Assembly (NCBI GenBank): GCA_963674755.2
Contig: CAXXVS010000002.1
Location: 2,080,001 to 2,144,000, forward strand
Length of the DNA: 64,000 bases
Reading direction: 5' to 3'
DNA from: Desulfobacterales bacterium
GTDB lineage: Bacteria > Desulfobacterota > Desulfobacteria > Desulfobacterales > UBA5852
Of the stretch, positions 38,816 through 49,467 are shown piece by piece. The position numbers were made by a program, and so were the translations under genes. Below the pieces are notes generated by a model. It was not told the DNA's origin. It saw only the letters and a list, made by a program, of their open reading frames with translations, and did not search any database. The number at the start of each line of letters is the position of its first letter. Positions within the stretch are counted from its first letter, which is position 1.

Positions 38816-40702
38816 TCAGGAACCTTGTTTATAGGTTTCATTCCGCCGGGTGACCGGTTCGAAGGTCCGGCCCCGGCGCATGGCCTCACGGGTTTCCTGG
38901 TAGCGATTTTGGTCAAACCAGAACAAGCCGCCGGTACCACTGCTGAAAGGGTCGAAAAGACTGTCCGAAACCCGGGTGGCCGGAGGATTCGGAAACCGCC
39001 ACCAGCGCCAGTAGGCTTCGCGGAAATAGGGCACCATGAAGGACGGCACGAAGGCCCCGATCTCGTGCACCTTGGTCTCGATTTCCAGAGCCAGCGCAAT
39101 GCGTTCCTGTTCGTCCAGGGAATTGCGGTAACGGTGGATCAGGGCATCGAGCGCGGGATTGGCGGTGTTGGTGATGTTGTTGGTCTGGGGCCGATGGGCA
39201 TTGGCCGAATCCCAGAATTCCCAGAAATGGGGGCGCATGCCGGTGCTCCAGCCCAACCAGCCCACATCGTGGCGCTTCTCCATGATTTTTTTATACTGGG
39301 CCGCGGGATCGAGCCGTTGCAAGCGAAGCTCGATGCCGGCCTTGAGGGCCTCTTCCTTGAGCACCACCAGCCGGGGCGTATGCTCCTCGCTGCTGTAAGT
39401 GACCTCCACCGAATAGCGCTGGCCGTCGCGCTGCCAGATGCCGTCCGGTCCCCGCTGCCAGCCGGCCGCCTGCATGAGCTGATCCACCTTGTGCAGGTCG
39501 AAGCGCCGGGCCCTGATGGTATTGTTGGAATAGCGCCCATAGCCCACATAGGCGCCTTCCAGACGGAAGTAGTCGTTGTAGAGAACCGCTTCGATCACCC
39601 GCTGGATGTTCAGGGCATGGGCAAAGGCATAACGCAGGCGTTGATCTTTGAAAATCTCCCGGTCCTGATTGAGCCAGGCCCCCTGGGCCGAGCGGGGGGT
39701 GTCGTTGAAGAACCACATGCGCTCGATGTAGCCCTGCGCCACAGCCGGCATCTGGCTTTTGAAATGCCAGTATTTGGGCATGGTCAGGGAGAAACTGTCC
39801 AGTTTGGCCTTCTTGAAATACTCCCACTGGAGGTTTAAGTCCCGGATAACGGTGTAGCGCACTTTGTCCACGTTATAGCGGTGCTTGAAATAGCGACGCT
39901 TGCGGGCCCACCACTCCGGTTTGCGCTCGAAGAGAATATAGCGCCCCTTTTTAAATTCCGTCATCTGGTAAGGCCCCGTATTGGGGGCGATCTTCCAGTT
40001 GTAACGCTGCACGAAATCCTGGCCCAGTTGACAATAGAAATGGCGGGGGGTCGGACTGATGGGAATGCGGAGATAGAGATCCGGTTGGGCCTTGGTGCCC
40101 ACCACGGCCAGGGTGTGGTCGTCGTAGACGATGACGCGATCGATCTCTTTGGTGTAGTAGTCGTTGTACCAGGGCGCTACGATGTCCTTGGAGCGCATGA
40201 ACTCCAGCGTATAGACGAAATCATCCGCCGTGACAGGCTGCCCGTCGGACCAGCGGGCTTCCGGATCCAGTTTGAAGTACATGGTCTTGCGATCCGGATC
40301 AAAGGCCCAGTGGGTAGCCAGTTCGGGAATGATGTTTTCTGTGTTGGGATGAATGCCGATCAAGCTCAATTGGTTGCCGAGGATGGCCCCCCGGAAGCTG
40401 GAGTTGGAATCCGGCCCCACCACCCGGAAGGTCAGCGGAAACGAGAGCAGAGCCTCATGCAGGATGCCCCCCGGGACCGCCTCCGGTGAGGCGAACACCG
40501 GATCGCTATCATTGGTCAGCCATTCGATCCCTGCCGGAAGCGTCTCGCGGGCGTAGGACGGGATCGTCTCACAGGATTGCGTGTCCACGGACTGGTCCGC
40601 TAGACGCTCCACCCCGCTGTCGCATCCGATGAAAAGAAGGGCTAGGCCAAGTCCCCCTGCCATCAGCAGTCTTCCCAAACGATGGATTGCCGAATCCTTC
40701 AT
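38816..40702 (-). CDS. ABC transporter family 5 substrate-binding lipoprotein (YejA-like)
   Basis: FIGC lipobox, ARWSDGQPVTADD, TGPY. Confidence 0.88.
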   Translation of the reverse strand: MKDSAIHRLGRLLMAGGLGLALLFIGCDSGVERLADQSVDTQSCETIPSYARETLPAGIEWLTNDSDPVFASPEAVPGGILHEALLSFPLTFRVVGPDSNSSFRGAILGNQLSLIGIHPNTENIIPELATHWAFDPDRKTMYFKLDPEARWSDGQPVTADDFVYTLEFMRSKDIVAPWYNDYYTKEIDRVIVYDDHTLAVVGTKAQPDLYLRIPISPTPRHFYCQLGQDFVQRYNWKIAPNTGPYQMTEFKKGRYILFERKPEWWARKRRYFKHRYNVDKVRYTVIRDLNLQWEYFKKAKLDSFSLTMPKYWHFKSQMPAVAQGYIERMWFFNDTPRSAQGAWLNQDREIFKDQRLRYAFAHALNIQRVIEAVLYNDYFRLEGAYVGYGRYSNNTIRARRFDLHKVDQLMQAAGWQRGPDGIWQRDGQRYSVEVTYSSEEHTPRLVVLKEEALKAGIELRLQRLDPAAQYKKIMEKRHDVGWLGWSTGMRPHFWEFWDSANAHRPQTNNITNTANPALDALIHRYRNSLDEQERIALALEIETKVHEIGAFVPSFMVPYFREAYWRWWRFPNPPATRVSDSLFDPFSSGTGGLFWFDQNRYQETREAMRRGRTFEPVTRRNETYKQGS

Positions 40703-40772
40703 AAGGATGAATTCATTCCCACCAAGTTAGACGCTATGGGGCGGATGACGGCATCCCGCGGCGCCTAACAGG

Positions 40773-41822
40773 TTATTCGTAAATAGTATGCAGCTTCGGA
40801 TCCAGGGCTTCCCGCACGGCCTCGCCGATAAACGTCACCAGCACCAGGGTCAGCACCATGGCCGTCACCACCGATCCCGAAAGCCACCAGGCACTCAGGT
40901 TGGCCCACCCCTGCTGGAGCAACTCCCCCCAACTGGGTTCGGGCGGCGGCAGACCGAAACCCAAAAAATCAAGCGAGGCCAGCGCCACGATGCCGCCCGC
41001 CACCTGAAAAGGCACATAGGACACGATGACACTCACCGTGTTCGGCAAAATATGGCGGAAAATAATGCGGGCATGCGATGCCCCCAGGGCCCGCGCCGCC
41101 AGGACATAATCCCGGGCCCGCTCCTTGTAGACCACGGTGCGCATGGTCCAGGTGGTGCCCATCCAGCCGAAGGCCCACAGAATGAACAGTAGAATCCAGA
41201 AGTTGGGAATCACCACCGACGCAATGATAATAATGATGTATAAGCTGGGCACGGAGGACCAGATTTCGATCAGACGCTGGAAGATTAGATCGAAGGGGCC
41301 GCCGAAATATCCCATGGCGCTGCCGATGCTGATCCCGGTCACAAAAGTGGCCACCAGCAGAATCAGGGAGAAGAAAATCGCCAGCCGGAACCCATAGACC
41401 AGACGCGCCAGAACGTCCCGTCCGGAAGCGTCCGTCCCGCACAGATGGCGCTCCCGCCATGAGGGCGGCGTCGGCGGCGGGGCGTTGCCCCGCAGGTCGT
41501 TTTCATAGGGGTTATAGGGCACCGGGGGCATCAGGATCCAGTTGTCCCCGCCCTGCCTGGCAAACCGCCGGGCAAGCTCCCGATAGTCGGTTTCGTGCTG
41601 ATAATCCAGACCGAAGGTGGTACCGGGGATGGGATTGCCGTAGGTCGGCCAGTAAAAGGCGCCGTTATAATGCACCACCAACGCCCGGCTGTTCACGAGC
41701 AGCTCGGCGCCCAGCGACAGCAGGATCATGAGAAGCATCAGCAGCAGCGAGACATAACCGCGCCGGATCGATTGAAACCGACGGAATTTCTTCACGGTGA
41801 GCGGGTTGAGTCGCAATCGCAT
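40773..41822 (-). CDS. ABC transporter permease (YejE/OppC-like)
   Basis: GTD..GRDVLARL.YG, YVLAARALGA, HILPN, IGEAVREALDP. Confidence 0.92.
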   Translation of the reverse strand: MRLRLNPLTVKKFRRFQSIRRGYVSLLLMLLMILLSLGAELLVNSRALVVHYNGAFYWPTYGNPIPGTTFGLDYQHETDYRELARRFARQGGDNWILMPPVPYNPYENDLRGNAPPPTPPSWRERHLCGTDASGRDVLARLVYGFRLAIFFSLILLVATFVTGISIGSAMGYFGGPFDLIFQRLIEIWSSVPSLYIIIIIASVVIPNFWILLFILWAFGWMGTTWTMRTVVYKERARDYVLAARALGASHARIIFRHILPNTVSVIVSYVPFQVAGGIVALASLDFLGFGLPPPEPSWGELLQQGWANLSAWWLSGSVVTAMVLTLVLVTFIGEAVREALDPKLHTIYE

Positions 41823-41862
41823 GGTGTCTTCTCTAAATGCCCAGAGTGCGTTGAGGCCGTCT

Positions 41863-42891
41863 TTATTCGAACTGGATTCTAGGATCCACCAGGGCCACAC
41901 AGATATCCGAGAGGATATTGCCGATCAGAAAAAGCAGGGATGATATCACCAGGACCCCCAGCACCACCGGGTAATCACGTTCCAGCAGGGATTCGTAGCC
42001 CAGAAGCCCCATACCGTCGATGTTAAATACTTTTTCAATCAGGAAGGAACCCGTCAAAAAAATGGAAATCGTATGGCCGAACGAGGTGGCGATAGGGATC
42101 AGGCTGTTGCGCAGGGCATGTCCGAAAACCGCCCGACGAAAGGGCAGTCCCTTGGCAATGGCGGTGCGCACGTAGTCGGCCGCCAGGTTGTCCATGAGGG
42201 TATTTTTCATCAGGAAGGTCATGGCCGCAAAGGCGCTGATCACGTAGGCAATCACCGGCAGCACGGAATGCCAGGCCAGATCGACGATTTTTCCCCATAG
42301 CGACAAGTCGTAAAAATTTTCGCTCACCAGGTTGCCCAGCGGGAACACATCCCACCATCCGGCCAGCCATACCAGGAGATAAATCCCGATCACCCATCCG
42401 GGAATGGCGTAACCGATAAAAACGATGATGGAGGAGATGTTGTCGAAGGTCGACTTGTGGCGGATCGCCTTGACGATCCCCAGGGGGATGCACACGCCGT
42501 ATGTCAACACCAGGGTAATCACCCCGAAATAGAGCGAAATCGGAACCCGGGAGCGGATCATCTCCCAGACCGGATCCTGGTAGCGGGTGGACGTGCCGAG
42601 ATCGCCCCGGACGACCTTGGCCAGCCAGGCCAAATAGCTCGTGAGCAGAGGTTTATCGAAGCCGTAATACTTCCTCAGGATTTCGATCTGTTCATCGGAA
42701 AGGGGCTGGCGCTGCACGCCAGCCTCGCTCCCGCCGCCATGGCCGCCTTCCAGCTGCATGCGCTGGGCCTCGGCGATCATGCGCTCGATGGGTCCGCCGG
42801 GCACAAAACGTGTGATGGCGAATACCAGTAGGGTAATACCGATAAAAGTGGGGATAATGAGAAGCGTGCGGCGGATGAAATAGGCTGTCAT
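41863..42891 (-). CDS. ABC transporter permease (YejB/OppB-like)
   Basis: PGGPIE, YVRTAIAKGL, HALRNSLIP, DPRI. Confidence 0.92.
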   Translation of the reverse strand: MTAYFIRRTLLIIPTFIGITLLVFAITRFVPGGPIERMIAEAQRMQLEGGHGGGSEAGVQRQPLSDEQIEILRKYYGFDKPLLTSYLAWLAKVVRGDLGTSTRYQDPVWEMIRSRVPISLYFGVITLVLTYGVCIPLGIVKAIRHKSTFDNISSIIVFIGYAIPGWVIGIYLLVWLAGWWDVFPLGNLVSENFYDLSLWGKIVDLAWHSVLPVIAYVISAFAAMTFLMKNTLMDNLAADYVRTAIAKGLPFRRAVFGHALRNSLIPIATSFGHTISIFLTGSFLIEKVFNIDGMGLLGYESLLERDYPVVLGVLVISSLLFLIGNILSDICVALVDPRIQFE

Positions 42892-43053
42892 GACGTGTCC
42901 CGCTTTTGCCTTTCCGGCAGATGAACGGTGTCGCCTAAATCGGTAAGATGAATGTCAAAAACCTCACGAAGATCGGGCTCGTCGTCAGCCAACAGCAAGC
43001 GTGTGTTCCATTATGCCCGGCCTTGAGGGAAATCACATTTGGATCGGCAATAC

Positions 43054-43080
43054 AAAAAGGGGGGTGTGGCCACCCCCCAT
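43054..43080 (-). terminator. Terminator after rpsI
   Basis: GGGGGGTG...CACCCCCC stem with a T-run on the minus strand. Confidence 0.65.
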
Positions 43081-43103
43081 CATAAGCACGCTGCAGAAAG
43101 GGT

Positions 43104-43493
43104 TTAGCGCTTGGAGAACTGGAAACGGGCGCGGGCGCCGCGTTGGCCGTATTTTTTGCGCTCTTTGACGCGGGGATCCCGCTTGACAAAGCCGGCCTTT
43201 TTAAGAGGGCCGCGAAATTCAGGATTGGCCAGAATGAGAGCCCGCGTAATGCCGTGCCGAATCGCACCGGCCTGGCCTGAAATGCCGCCGCCCACTACCC
43301 GCACGTGGATATCATAGGCATCCCGGGTGTTGGTGAGAACCAATGGCTGGTAGAGGTCCATCTTGGCAGTCTCCACCTGGAAATAGTCATCAATGGGGCG
43401 GTTGTTGACCGTAATCTGACCGCTTCCGGGCTTCAAGTATGTTCTGGCGATGGCGGACTTGCGCCTTCCCGTGGCATAAAAGATGTTTTCCAT
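43104..43493 (-). CDS. rpsI: 30S ribosomal protein S9
   Basis: [24 protein letters not shown]. Confidence 0.99.
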   Translation of the reverse strand: MENIFYATGRRKSAIARTYLKPGSGQITVNNRPIDDYFQVETAKMDLYQPLVLTNTRDAYDIHVRVVGGGISGQAGAIRHGITRALILANPEFRGPLKKAGFVKRDPRVKERKKYGQRGARARFQFSKR

Positions 43494-43536
43494 AGTCTCT
43501 TTCTGTCCCTAAATCCGTTTGATCGGCCTCAGGCCA

Positions 43537-43974
43537 TCAGCTCAATGTGAGCGTTTCGGGTTGTTGTGCGGTATGAGGGTGTTCGTCGCCGGCATAGACC
43601 TTAAGCTTCTTGACCAGTTTGCGGCCCAACCGATTTTTGGGCAGCATCCCCTTGACGGCGAAGCGGATCAGGTCTTCGGGGCGCTTTTCCTTAAGCTTCC
43701 GAGCGCTTATCGAGGTCAGGCCGCCGATGTAGCCGCTGTGGCGGTGGTAGAATTTCTGATCCCACTTGCGGCCTGTCAGAGCGACTTTTTCAGCATTGAT
43801 CACCACCACCCAGTCCCCCGTGTCGACATGGGGCGTAAAGGCCGGATTGTGTTTTCCGCGCAGGTGGGTGGCAACCGTTGTGGCAAGCCGCCCAAGGACG
43901 GCGTTTTCAGCATCAATGACGTACCACTTACCTTGGTTATCCGAATTTTTGGCACTTACGGTGTATTTCTTCAC
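43537..43974 (-). CDS. rplM: 50S ribosomal protein L13
   Basis: LGRLA, LRGKH, DTGD, GMLPKN.LGR. Confidence 0.99.
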   Translation of the reverse strand: MKKYTVSAKNSDNQGKWYVIDAENAVLGRLATTVATHLRGKHNPAFTPHVDTGDWVVVINAEKVALTGRKWDQKFYHRHSGYIGGLTSISARKLKEKRPEDLIRFAVKGMLPKNRLGRKLVKKLKVYAGDEHPHTAQQPETLTLS

Positions 43975-44187
43975 GGCATCAACTCCTGTGGATAAAAGAA
44001 TCTGGGACTATTAATGAATTATGGCGTTTCTGTCAAGTTTTTTTTCCAAGGACGAATGGCCGGCCTTGGTGTCAAGGGGGAGCCCTGTTGCGGGCGGGGC
44101 CCGACCCGTTGGTTTGACACAGTTGGCAAAATCCCCTATAGCGACCTCGTTTGCCCCCTTCTGAGGGGTAAGATCCTAGCCGAAGGT

Positions 44188-44802
44188 ATGGCCATGCTTG
44201 AATGCGAGGTCAAATTTTTTATTGCGCATCCCGCAGGACTCCGCGACCGCCTACGCCAAACGGGGGCCCTTCCCACCGGAAGCGCTTTCGAAACCAATTA
44301 CCGCTACGAACATGCCGACAACCCGTTGCTGGCCCGACAATGCCTGCTTAGACTGCGGCGCGATGGCCGCAACCGGCTGACCTACAAAGAACCGGATCCC
44401 TCCGGCGGCCGGCAGTTCAAAGCCTATGAAGAGCTGGAAATCGAGGTATCCGATTTCGATACCACCGACCTGATTCTCGAAGCGCTCGGGTTCCACCGGG
44501 CTCAGATTTACGAAAAGCACCGCGAAACATATGAATTGGCATCCCTGGAAATCTGCCTGGACCAGCTCCCCTTCGGTCATTTCATCGAGATCGAGGGGGA
44601 TGCGGAAATGCTTCCGTCCGTGGCGGCACGCCTTGGCCTGGCATGGCCGGCACGCATTCTGGCCAACTATCTGCAGATTTTCGAAACAATCCGGGAAGCA
44701 CTGCAGCTCCCCTTCAACGATGTCACGTTCGCCGACTTTAAAACCGTGCGGGCCGATCTGAGCGGGTTGATTCGCCAATTCGAAATCGAACCACCGTCAT
44801 GA
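44188..44802 (+). CDS. CYTH domain (class IV adenylate cyclase-like) protein
   Basis: ExExK (ECEVK), LRLR, LTYK, YEK.RE, FIEIEG. Confidence 0.88.
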   Translation: MAMLECEVKFFIAHPAGLRDRLRQTGALPTGSAFETNYRYEHADNPLLARQCLLRLRRDGRNRLTYKEPDPSGGRQFKAYEELEIEVSDFDTTDLILEALGFHRAQIYEKHRETYELASLEICLDQLPFGHFIEIEGDAEMLPSVAARLGLAWPARILANYLQIFETIREALQLPFNDVTFADFKTVRADLSGLIRQFEIEPPS

Positions 44803-45246
44803 CCGCCCCCAGGCCAACGCGATTTTCCGTCCTGACGCTGAATCTGCGCCACAACCCATCTGGACTTTGACGCAACCGTTCAGATCGCCAGCGCGAACAT
44901 CATCCAGGCCCACATCCTCCCCTGGGCCGTCCACCGGCCGGTTGTTCTGGGCAGAGATTTCAACTGTACACCGCATTCCGCCTGCCACGCGGTGTTCACC
45001 GATTCCCAAACCACTCCCGAACAGGACCGCCTTCGATTCCGTAATGTTCTGGCGCCCCCCTATCCCGGAACATTTCACGGTTTCCAGGGGGGCCAGGGGC
45101 GCGCCTGCATCGACTGGATTCTCTATCGGGGCGATATCGCCCTGCAACAAGCCGGTGTTCTTCAATTCCCCCCAGTGACGTGTTATCCATCGGACCACTA
45201 TCCGGTTACGGCCGCGTTTTCTTGGGAGACGGCCTCCCCCCCCTGA
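44799..45246 (+). pseudogene. Endonuclease/exonuclease/phosphatase (EEP) pseudogene with an internal deletion
   Basis: FSVLTLNLR in one frame, then THLD...RDFN...IDWILY...YPSDHYPV in another. Confidence 0.8.
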
Positions 45247-45283
45247 GCGGGGCCCGCCGGCAGCAGCGTTGATTGCAGGCCTG

Positions 45284-45382
45284 ATGAACTACCCCACCGC
45301 AAAGCAGCGGGGTATCGATAACGGCAATGTAACGCCGCAAGCGGCGGGGAATTAAACCTGCGTCCGCCTCTGGCCGATTAAA
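45284..45382. mobile_element. Miniature palindromic element resembling joined IS200/IS605 ends
   Basis: TGAACTACCCC-hairpin-GGGGTATC, CGCCGCAAGCGGCGGGGAATT, and a third small hairpin ending GATTAA; no ORF. Confidence 0.55.
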
Positions 45383-45530
45383 CCGTAGGGGTTTATTTCC
45401 ACGGTGGTTTTTCCGGCACGCACCAGGAGGGCCGTGGATAACCCCAGCTGTCGATCTTCCAGCATCGGGGTTGCGGGGCAAAAATGGTGCCGAGCCTATG
45501 GCGCGACTTGCCGGTGCCGTCAAAATCTGT

Positions 45531-45917
45531 TTAAAGATCGATGACAGGTTTAGTCGCCGGGGACAATTTCTTCTCGCGATAGGTATCCGGGCGGCTTATC
45601 TGGCTGACATCGGCATTCAGCTGCCCGCCTTCATGCACGACCAGGTTGCGGCACTGGACCCGGCCGTCACACTTTCCGGTGGCGAGAACCACCAATTCCT
45701 CGTCGGCATGAACGTCTCCTTGGAAACGACCGCCGATGGTCATCCGGTGCACCTTCATATCGGCATCCGCCGTCCCCTCTTCGGCAATCGTCACGGTATC
45801 GCCCTTAACCTTGCCGCCCACCCGACCGCGAATCAGGAGCTCTCCACTAAATTCGATGGTCCCCTCAACAGAGAACCCATCGTCGATAATCGACAGGAAC
45901 GCTTTCTTTCGGCTCAA
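45531..45917 (-). CDS. Bactofilin (polymer-forming cytoskeletal protein)
   Basis: SII..G..VEG.I.F.G.L.I.G.V.G beta-helix repeats. Confidence 0.88.
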   Translation of the reverse strand: MSRKKAFLSIIDDGFSVEGTIEFSGELLIRGRVGGKVKGDTVTIAEEGTADADMKVHRMTIGGRFQGDVHADEELVVLATGKCDGRVQCRNLVVHEGGQLNADVSQISRPDTYREKKLSPATKPVIDL

Positions 45918-46897
45918 GGCTGAACTCCTGCAGGTGTTTCAGTTTCGGGCGCCGGCAAGCTTAGCCCCAGCGGTGCCGCCGTCGGCAAGGGTTTCCCGGG
46001 GGCTTCCGGCGGTGCTTCCTTTTCGGGAACAACAAGGTCCACATCGAAAGTTTTGTCAAGCAGAGGATGCCCATCCAGCGTATAGGCGTAAACCACAGCG
46101 CGTACAAAGCGCGTTCCCGGTTCGGCGAAACGCCGCTCCAGCTTCATGGTCATGAAGCGCGAAATAGAAAACCGTCGTCCCCGGTTGCCAATCGGGCGGC
46201 CTTCCTTGAGGGGAACGCTTGGCAGCGCGAAATGCAGTTGGGAGCGGCCTTCTTCTGTTTGCAGCACGACAACGGACCGTCCGCCGGCTTGCCCCTGGCC
46301 CGTATTTTTAATCACAAACTGGGCTGCGATGGTTTCAGTTTGGGCCTGGTAGTCCACCTTCAGCCCCACGGCATCCACCTGGGGCTGGTGTTTCTGTCGC
46401 GCTTCGGGCGCCTCGGCTTTCTCATCCGCTTCTGTAGGGGTATCGACTTCTGTAGGGGTGTCGGCGGGTGCGGCCGGCGCCTTGGGCTGTTCCGGCACTG
46501 GCCCCCGTGATACGAGCGTTGTCTGCGGCGGCGTGGCCACGCTCTTGGGCGCGGATGCGGTCAAGGCCTTGTTGGAGGCCGTTGTTTGCCCGGAGGCGGA
46601 CGCCTGGGCTTCCAGACGAACCGCCCGGACTTTCAGCAACTCATTTTGCTGCTGAAGGGCGGCGATGCGGCCTGTCAGACGATCGATCTCGTCGGAAAAT
46701 GTTTTCTGTTGATGAAGCATCCCCCCGTAAAGGATTGCCATGATGCCCGCCAGGGCCAGCGCGCCCGTGCTAAACCCGACCAGCAGCCCCAATTTCCGTC
46801 GGAAATTGCGTATCCGCCGGATGCGGCCCTGACCGTTCACCAGCAGAACGGTCCAGCTTTTATCCATTTTGGATGCGATGGTGTTTTTTTTGGCCAT
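45914..46897 (-). CDS. Hypothetical bitopic membrane protein (TM, coiled coil, Pro/Ala linker, beta domain)
   Basis: Long ORF with a 4-nt overlap with bactofilin. Confidence 0.75.
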   Translation of the reverse strand: MAKKNTIASKMDKSWTVLLVNGQGRIRRIRNFRRKLGLLVGFSTGALALAGIMAILYGGMLHQQKTFSDEIDRLTGRIAALQQQNELLKVRAVRLEAQASASGQTTASNKALTASAPKSVATPPQTTLVSRGPVPEQPKAPAAPADTPTEVDTPTEADEKAEAPEARQKHQPQVDAVGLKVDYQAQTETIAAQFVIKNTGQGQAGGRSVVVLQTEEGRSQLHFALPSVPLKEGRPIGNRGRRFSISRFMTMKLERRFAEPGTRFVRAVVYAYTLDGHPLLDKTFDVDLVVPEKEAPPEAPGKPLPTAAPLGLSLPAPETETPAGVQP

Positions 46898-46902
46898 ATC
46901 GA

Positions 46903-47781
46903 TCAGGACCTCGTCCCGGGCTTTGTGCCCATGGCGCCCCCCGGAACAGGGTCATTTGGATTTTTCTTCCAGGCGACACGAACCCAGGCTCCGGGGGCAA
47001 CCCCCAGGCGGTCGGCGGCACGGCCCTGGTTGACCGCAATCTCAAGTGTATCGCGGCTGCCGATCGTTGCCAGCAATTGTCCAGCAGGAACGGCCCCGTA
47101 AGAAGAAACCAGCGGCATAGGGTGTACCGCACCGGTCTCGACGATTAAAAACTGTTTCAGATCACCTTCGCCGGCCGATGTCAATAGATCGCGGCCAATG
47201 TTCGTGATGATGTTGCCGAACCGGTCGACGCTCACGACCGCTCCCTGAAGGCCGCCCTGCCCATCAGACCGCGACAAGGTGAAATCGAGGCATACCAATT
47301 CGCCGATGGCCCTTTCCGGACCCAGCTTTTCGGGCACACCGCCGGAGGCCAGAAAACCGGCCACCGGGGCCATGATGTCCCGTCCATGAAAAGTGGCACT
47401 GACCTCATCCGCAAAAAGGGTCCGGTTCGTCACACGCCGTGCGGTTTGGAGCACCCCTTGGCGGATCAGTTCGGTCAAAAGGCCGTTGTCGGGGCACAGG
47501 TAATCACATTTCCGGGCGCGGGCCAAGACGATATCGCGTTCGCTTCCCACACCGGGATCGACGACGACGACATGCAGGGTGCCCACTGGGAAATAAGGGA
47601 AAACGGCGGCCAGCATGGCCGCGGCCTGTCGAATGTCATGGGGGGCGATGGCGTGACAGACATCGACGATCACAGCCTGGGGGGCATGACTTAAAATGAC
47701 GCCCTTCAGCACCCCGACGTATTCATCCCGGTTCCCGAAATCGGTCAGAAGGGAAACTATGGGCACGTTAGCATCCGTCAT
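46903..47781 (-). CDS. SAM hydroxide adenosyltransferase / chlorinase-fluorinase family (DUF62)
   Basis: LLTDFG, VVDPGVG, PDNG, STFHGRD-type ATFHGRD, DRFGN. Confidence 0.93.
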   Translation of the reverse strand: MTDANVPIVSLLTDFGNRDEYVGVLKGVILSHAPQAVIVDVCHAIAPHDIRQAAAMLAAVFPYFPVGTLHVVVVDPGVGSERDIVLARARKCDYLCPDNGLLTELIRQGVLQTARRVTNRTLFADEVSATFHGRDIMAPVAGFLASGGVPEKLGPERAIGELVCLDFTLSRSDGQGGLQGAVVSVDRFGNIITNIGRDLLTSAGEGDLKQFLIVETGAVHPMPLVSSYGAVPAGQLLATIGSRDTLEIAVNQGRAADRLGVAPGAWVRVAWKKNPNDPVPGGAMGTKPGTRS

Positions 47782-47784
47782 TGA

Positions 47785-48831
47785 TCATCCGCGGAACAGC
47801 CCCTGCTGGTAAGTGACCCCGAGATGTTTGTAAGCTGCATCCGACGCTTTGCGGCCTGACGAGGTGCGCATGAGAAAGCCCAGTTTGAGCAAATAGGGTT
47901 CCACCACATCCACCAAAGTATCCGCCTCTTCCTGGAGGGTGGCGGCCAGAGCTTCGATACCCACCGGTCCGCCCCGATAGAAATCGATAATCGTCTTGAG
48001 ATAACGCCGGTCCAGTTTCGTCAGCCCCTGGTCGTCAACCCCCTCGAGGGTCAGCGCGGCCGCCACGGTCTCAAGGGTGATCCGCCCGTTGGCACGTACC
48101 TGGCTGAAGTCGCGCACGCGTTTCAGCAGACGATTGGCAATCCGGGGGGTACCGCGGCAACGGCGGGCCAATTCCTGGGCCGCCCCTGCTTCAATGGGCA
48201 CGTGCAGCAGGGCAGCCGAGCGTTGGGTGATTTTCACCAGGTCGTCAAGTCCATAAAAATCCAGGCTGCGCATGATGCCGAAGCGATCCCGAAGCGGTGC
48301 CGAAAGCAACCCCACCCGGGTCGTGGCCCCCACCAGGCAAAACCGGCGCAGACGATAGCGATGACTGCGCGCGTGGACCCCCTTGTCGAAAACAAAGTCG
48401 ATCGCGAAATCCTCCATGGCGGGATAGAGGAGTTCTTCGACCGATTTGGGCGTGCGATGGATTTCGTCGATAAAGAGGATATCCCCGTCTTCCAGGTGCG
48501 TGAGCACCCCGACCAGGTCCCCCCCTTTTTCGAGGGCCGGTCCCGAGGTAACCGTGAGCGTGCCGCCGGTTTCATTGGCGATGATATGCGCCAGGGTCGT
48601 TTTGCCCAGTCCGGGAGGGCCATGGAAGAGAACGTGGTCCGCGGGTTCGCCGCGCAATTTGGCCGCTTCGATGGCAATCCGCAGGGTCTCGACCGTCTGT
48701 TCCTGGCCCACATAATCATCCAGGTTTTCCGGTCGCAGGGAAAGAATCTCGGGCTCCAGATCCTGGGGAGCTTCCCGCTCCGACAAGATGCCCTTGTGAT
48801 CCGACTGGTAGGATAGAACATCGTCACTCAT
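47785..48831 (-). CDS. ruvB: Holliday junction helicase RuvB
   Basis: [35 protein letters not shown]. Confidence 0.98.
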   Translation of the reverse strand: MSDDVLSYQSDHKGILSEREAPQDLEPEILSLRPENLDDYVGQEQTVETLRIAIEAAKLRGEPADHVLFHGPPGLGKTTLAHIIANETGGTLTVTSGPALEKGGDLVGVLTHLEDGDILFIDEIHRTPKSVEELLYPAMEDFAIDFVFDKGVHARSHRYRLRRFCLVGATTRVGLLSAPLRDRFGIMRSLDFYGLDDLVKITQRSAALLHVPIEAGAAQELARRCRGTPRIANRLLKRVRDFSQVRANGRITLETVAAALTLEGVDDQGLTKLDRRYLKTIIDFYRGGPVGIEALAATLQEEADTLVDVVEPYLLKLGFLMRTSSGRKASDAAYKHLGVTYQQGLFRG

Positions 48832-49445
48832 GCGAATTCTTCCCCACGATAAATTTCGTCAAATAACTCCTCAGGGCTGGCGATGGCAGGGTTGCGCTCC
48901 AGTGCCGCGGCAATCATCCGCTTGGCATCCGTGCTCTTGTGGCCCAGCTGTCCGGTGAGAACCCCCAGCACCAGCTGGCTGAAATCTTCCGCCGGGGGGG
49001 ACGGCGAGGCCTCACCCTTCCGTATCAACGCAAATTTTTCCATCTTCCCGGAAAGGCTGGCCACGATTTTCTGGGCCGTACGGCTGCCGATCCCTTTCAA
49101 GCGTCGCAAGACGGTCGTGTCCCCGTTTTCAATGGCCCGCGCGATATCACGGACCGGCATATTCATCGCTTTGACAGCCTTCAGCGGGCCGATATCTTCC
49201 ACGGAAATAAAATATTGAAAAAATTCTTTTTCCACCTCCAGATTGAAACCGATTAAAACCGGTTTGGGCTGGCGTTCGGTCTGATGATAGTAGATATAGA
49301 GTTCCAGTGGATCGCCGATGGCTTTGTTCTGAATGGTCTCCATCACGACGGCCGGCAGGAGCACTTCATAGCCCAGCTGGTTGGCCAGGATCAGTACCCG
49401 CTCTTCTTCCTTCTTCAGCAATCGGCCTTCAATATATCCGATCAT
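48828..49445 (-). CDS. ruvA: Holliday junction DNA-binding protein RuvA
   Basis: MIGYIEG, GYEV, IGP..A, KGIG.RTA; lies between ruvC and ruvB. Confidence 0.93.
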   Translation of the reverse strand: MIGYIEGRLLKKEEERVLILANQLGYEVLLPAVVMETIQNKAIGDPLELYIYYHQTERQPKPVLIGFNLEVEKEFFQYFISVEDIGPLKAVKAMNMPVRDIARAIENGDTTVLRRLKGIGSRTAQKIVASLSGKMEKFALIRKGEASPSPPAEDFSQLVLGVLTGQLGHKSTDAKRMIAAALERNPAIASPEELFDEIYRGEEFA

Positions 49446-49467
49446 CGTCGCTTTCGCTCGTCTGCCG

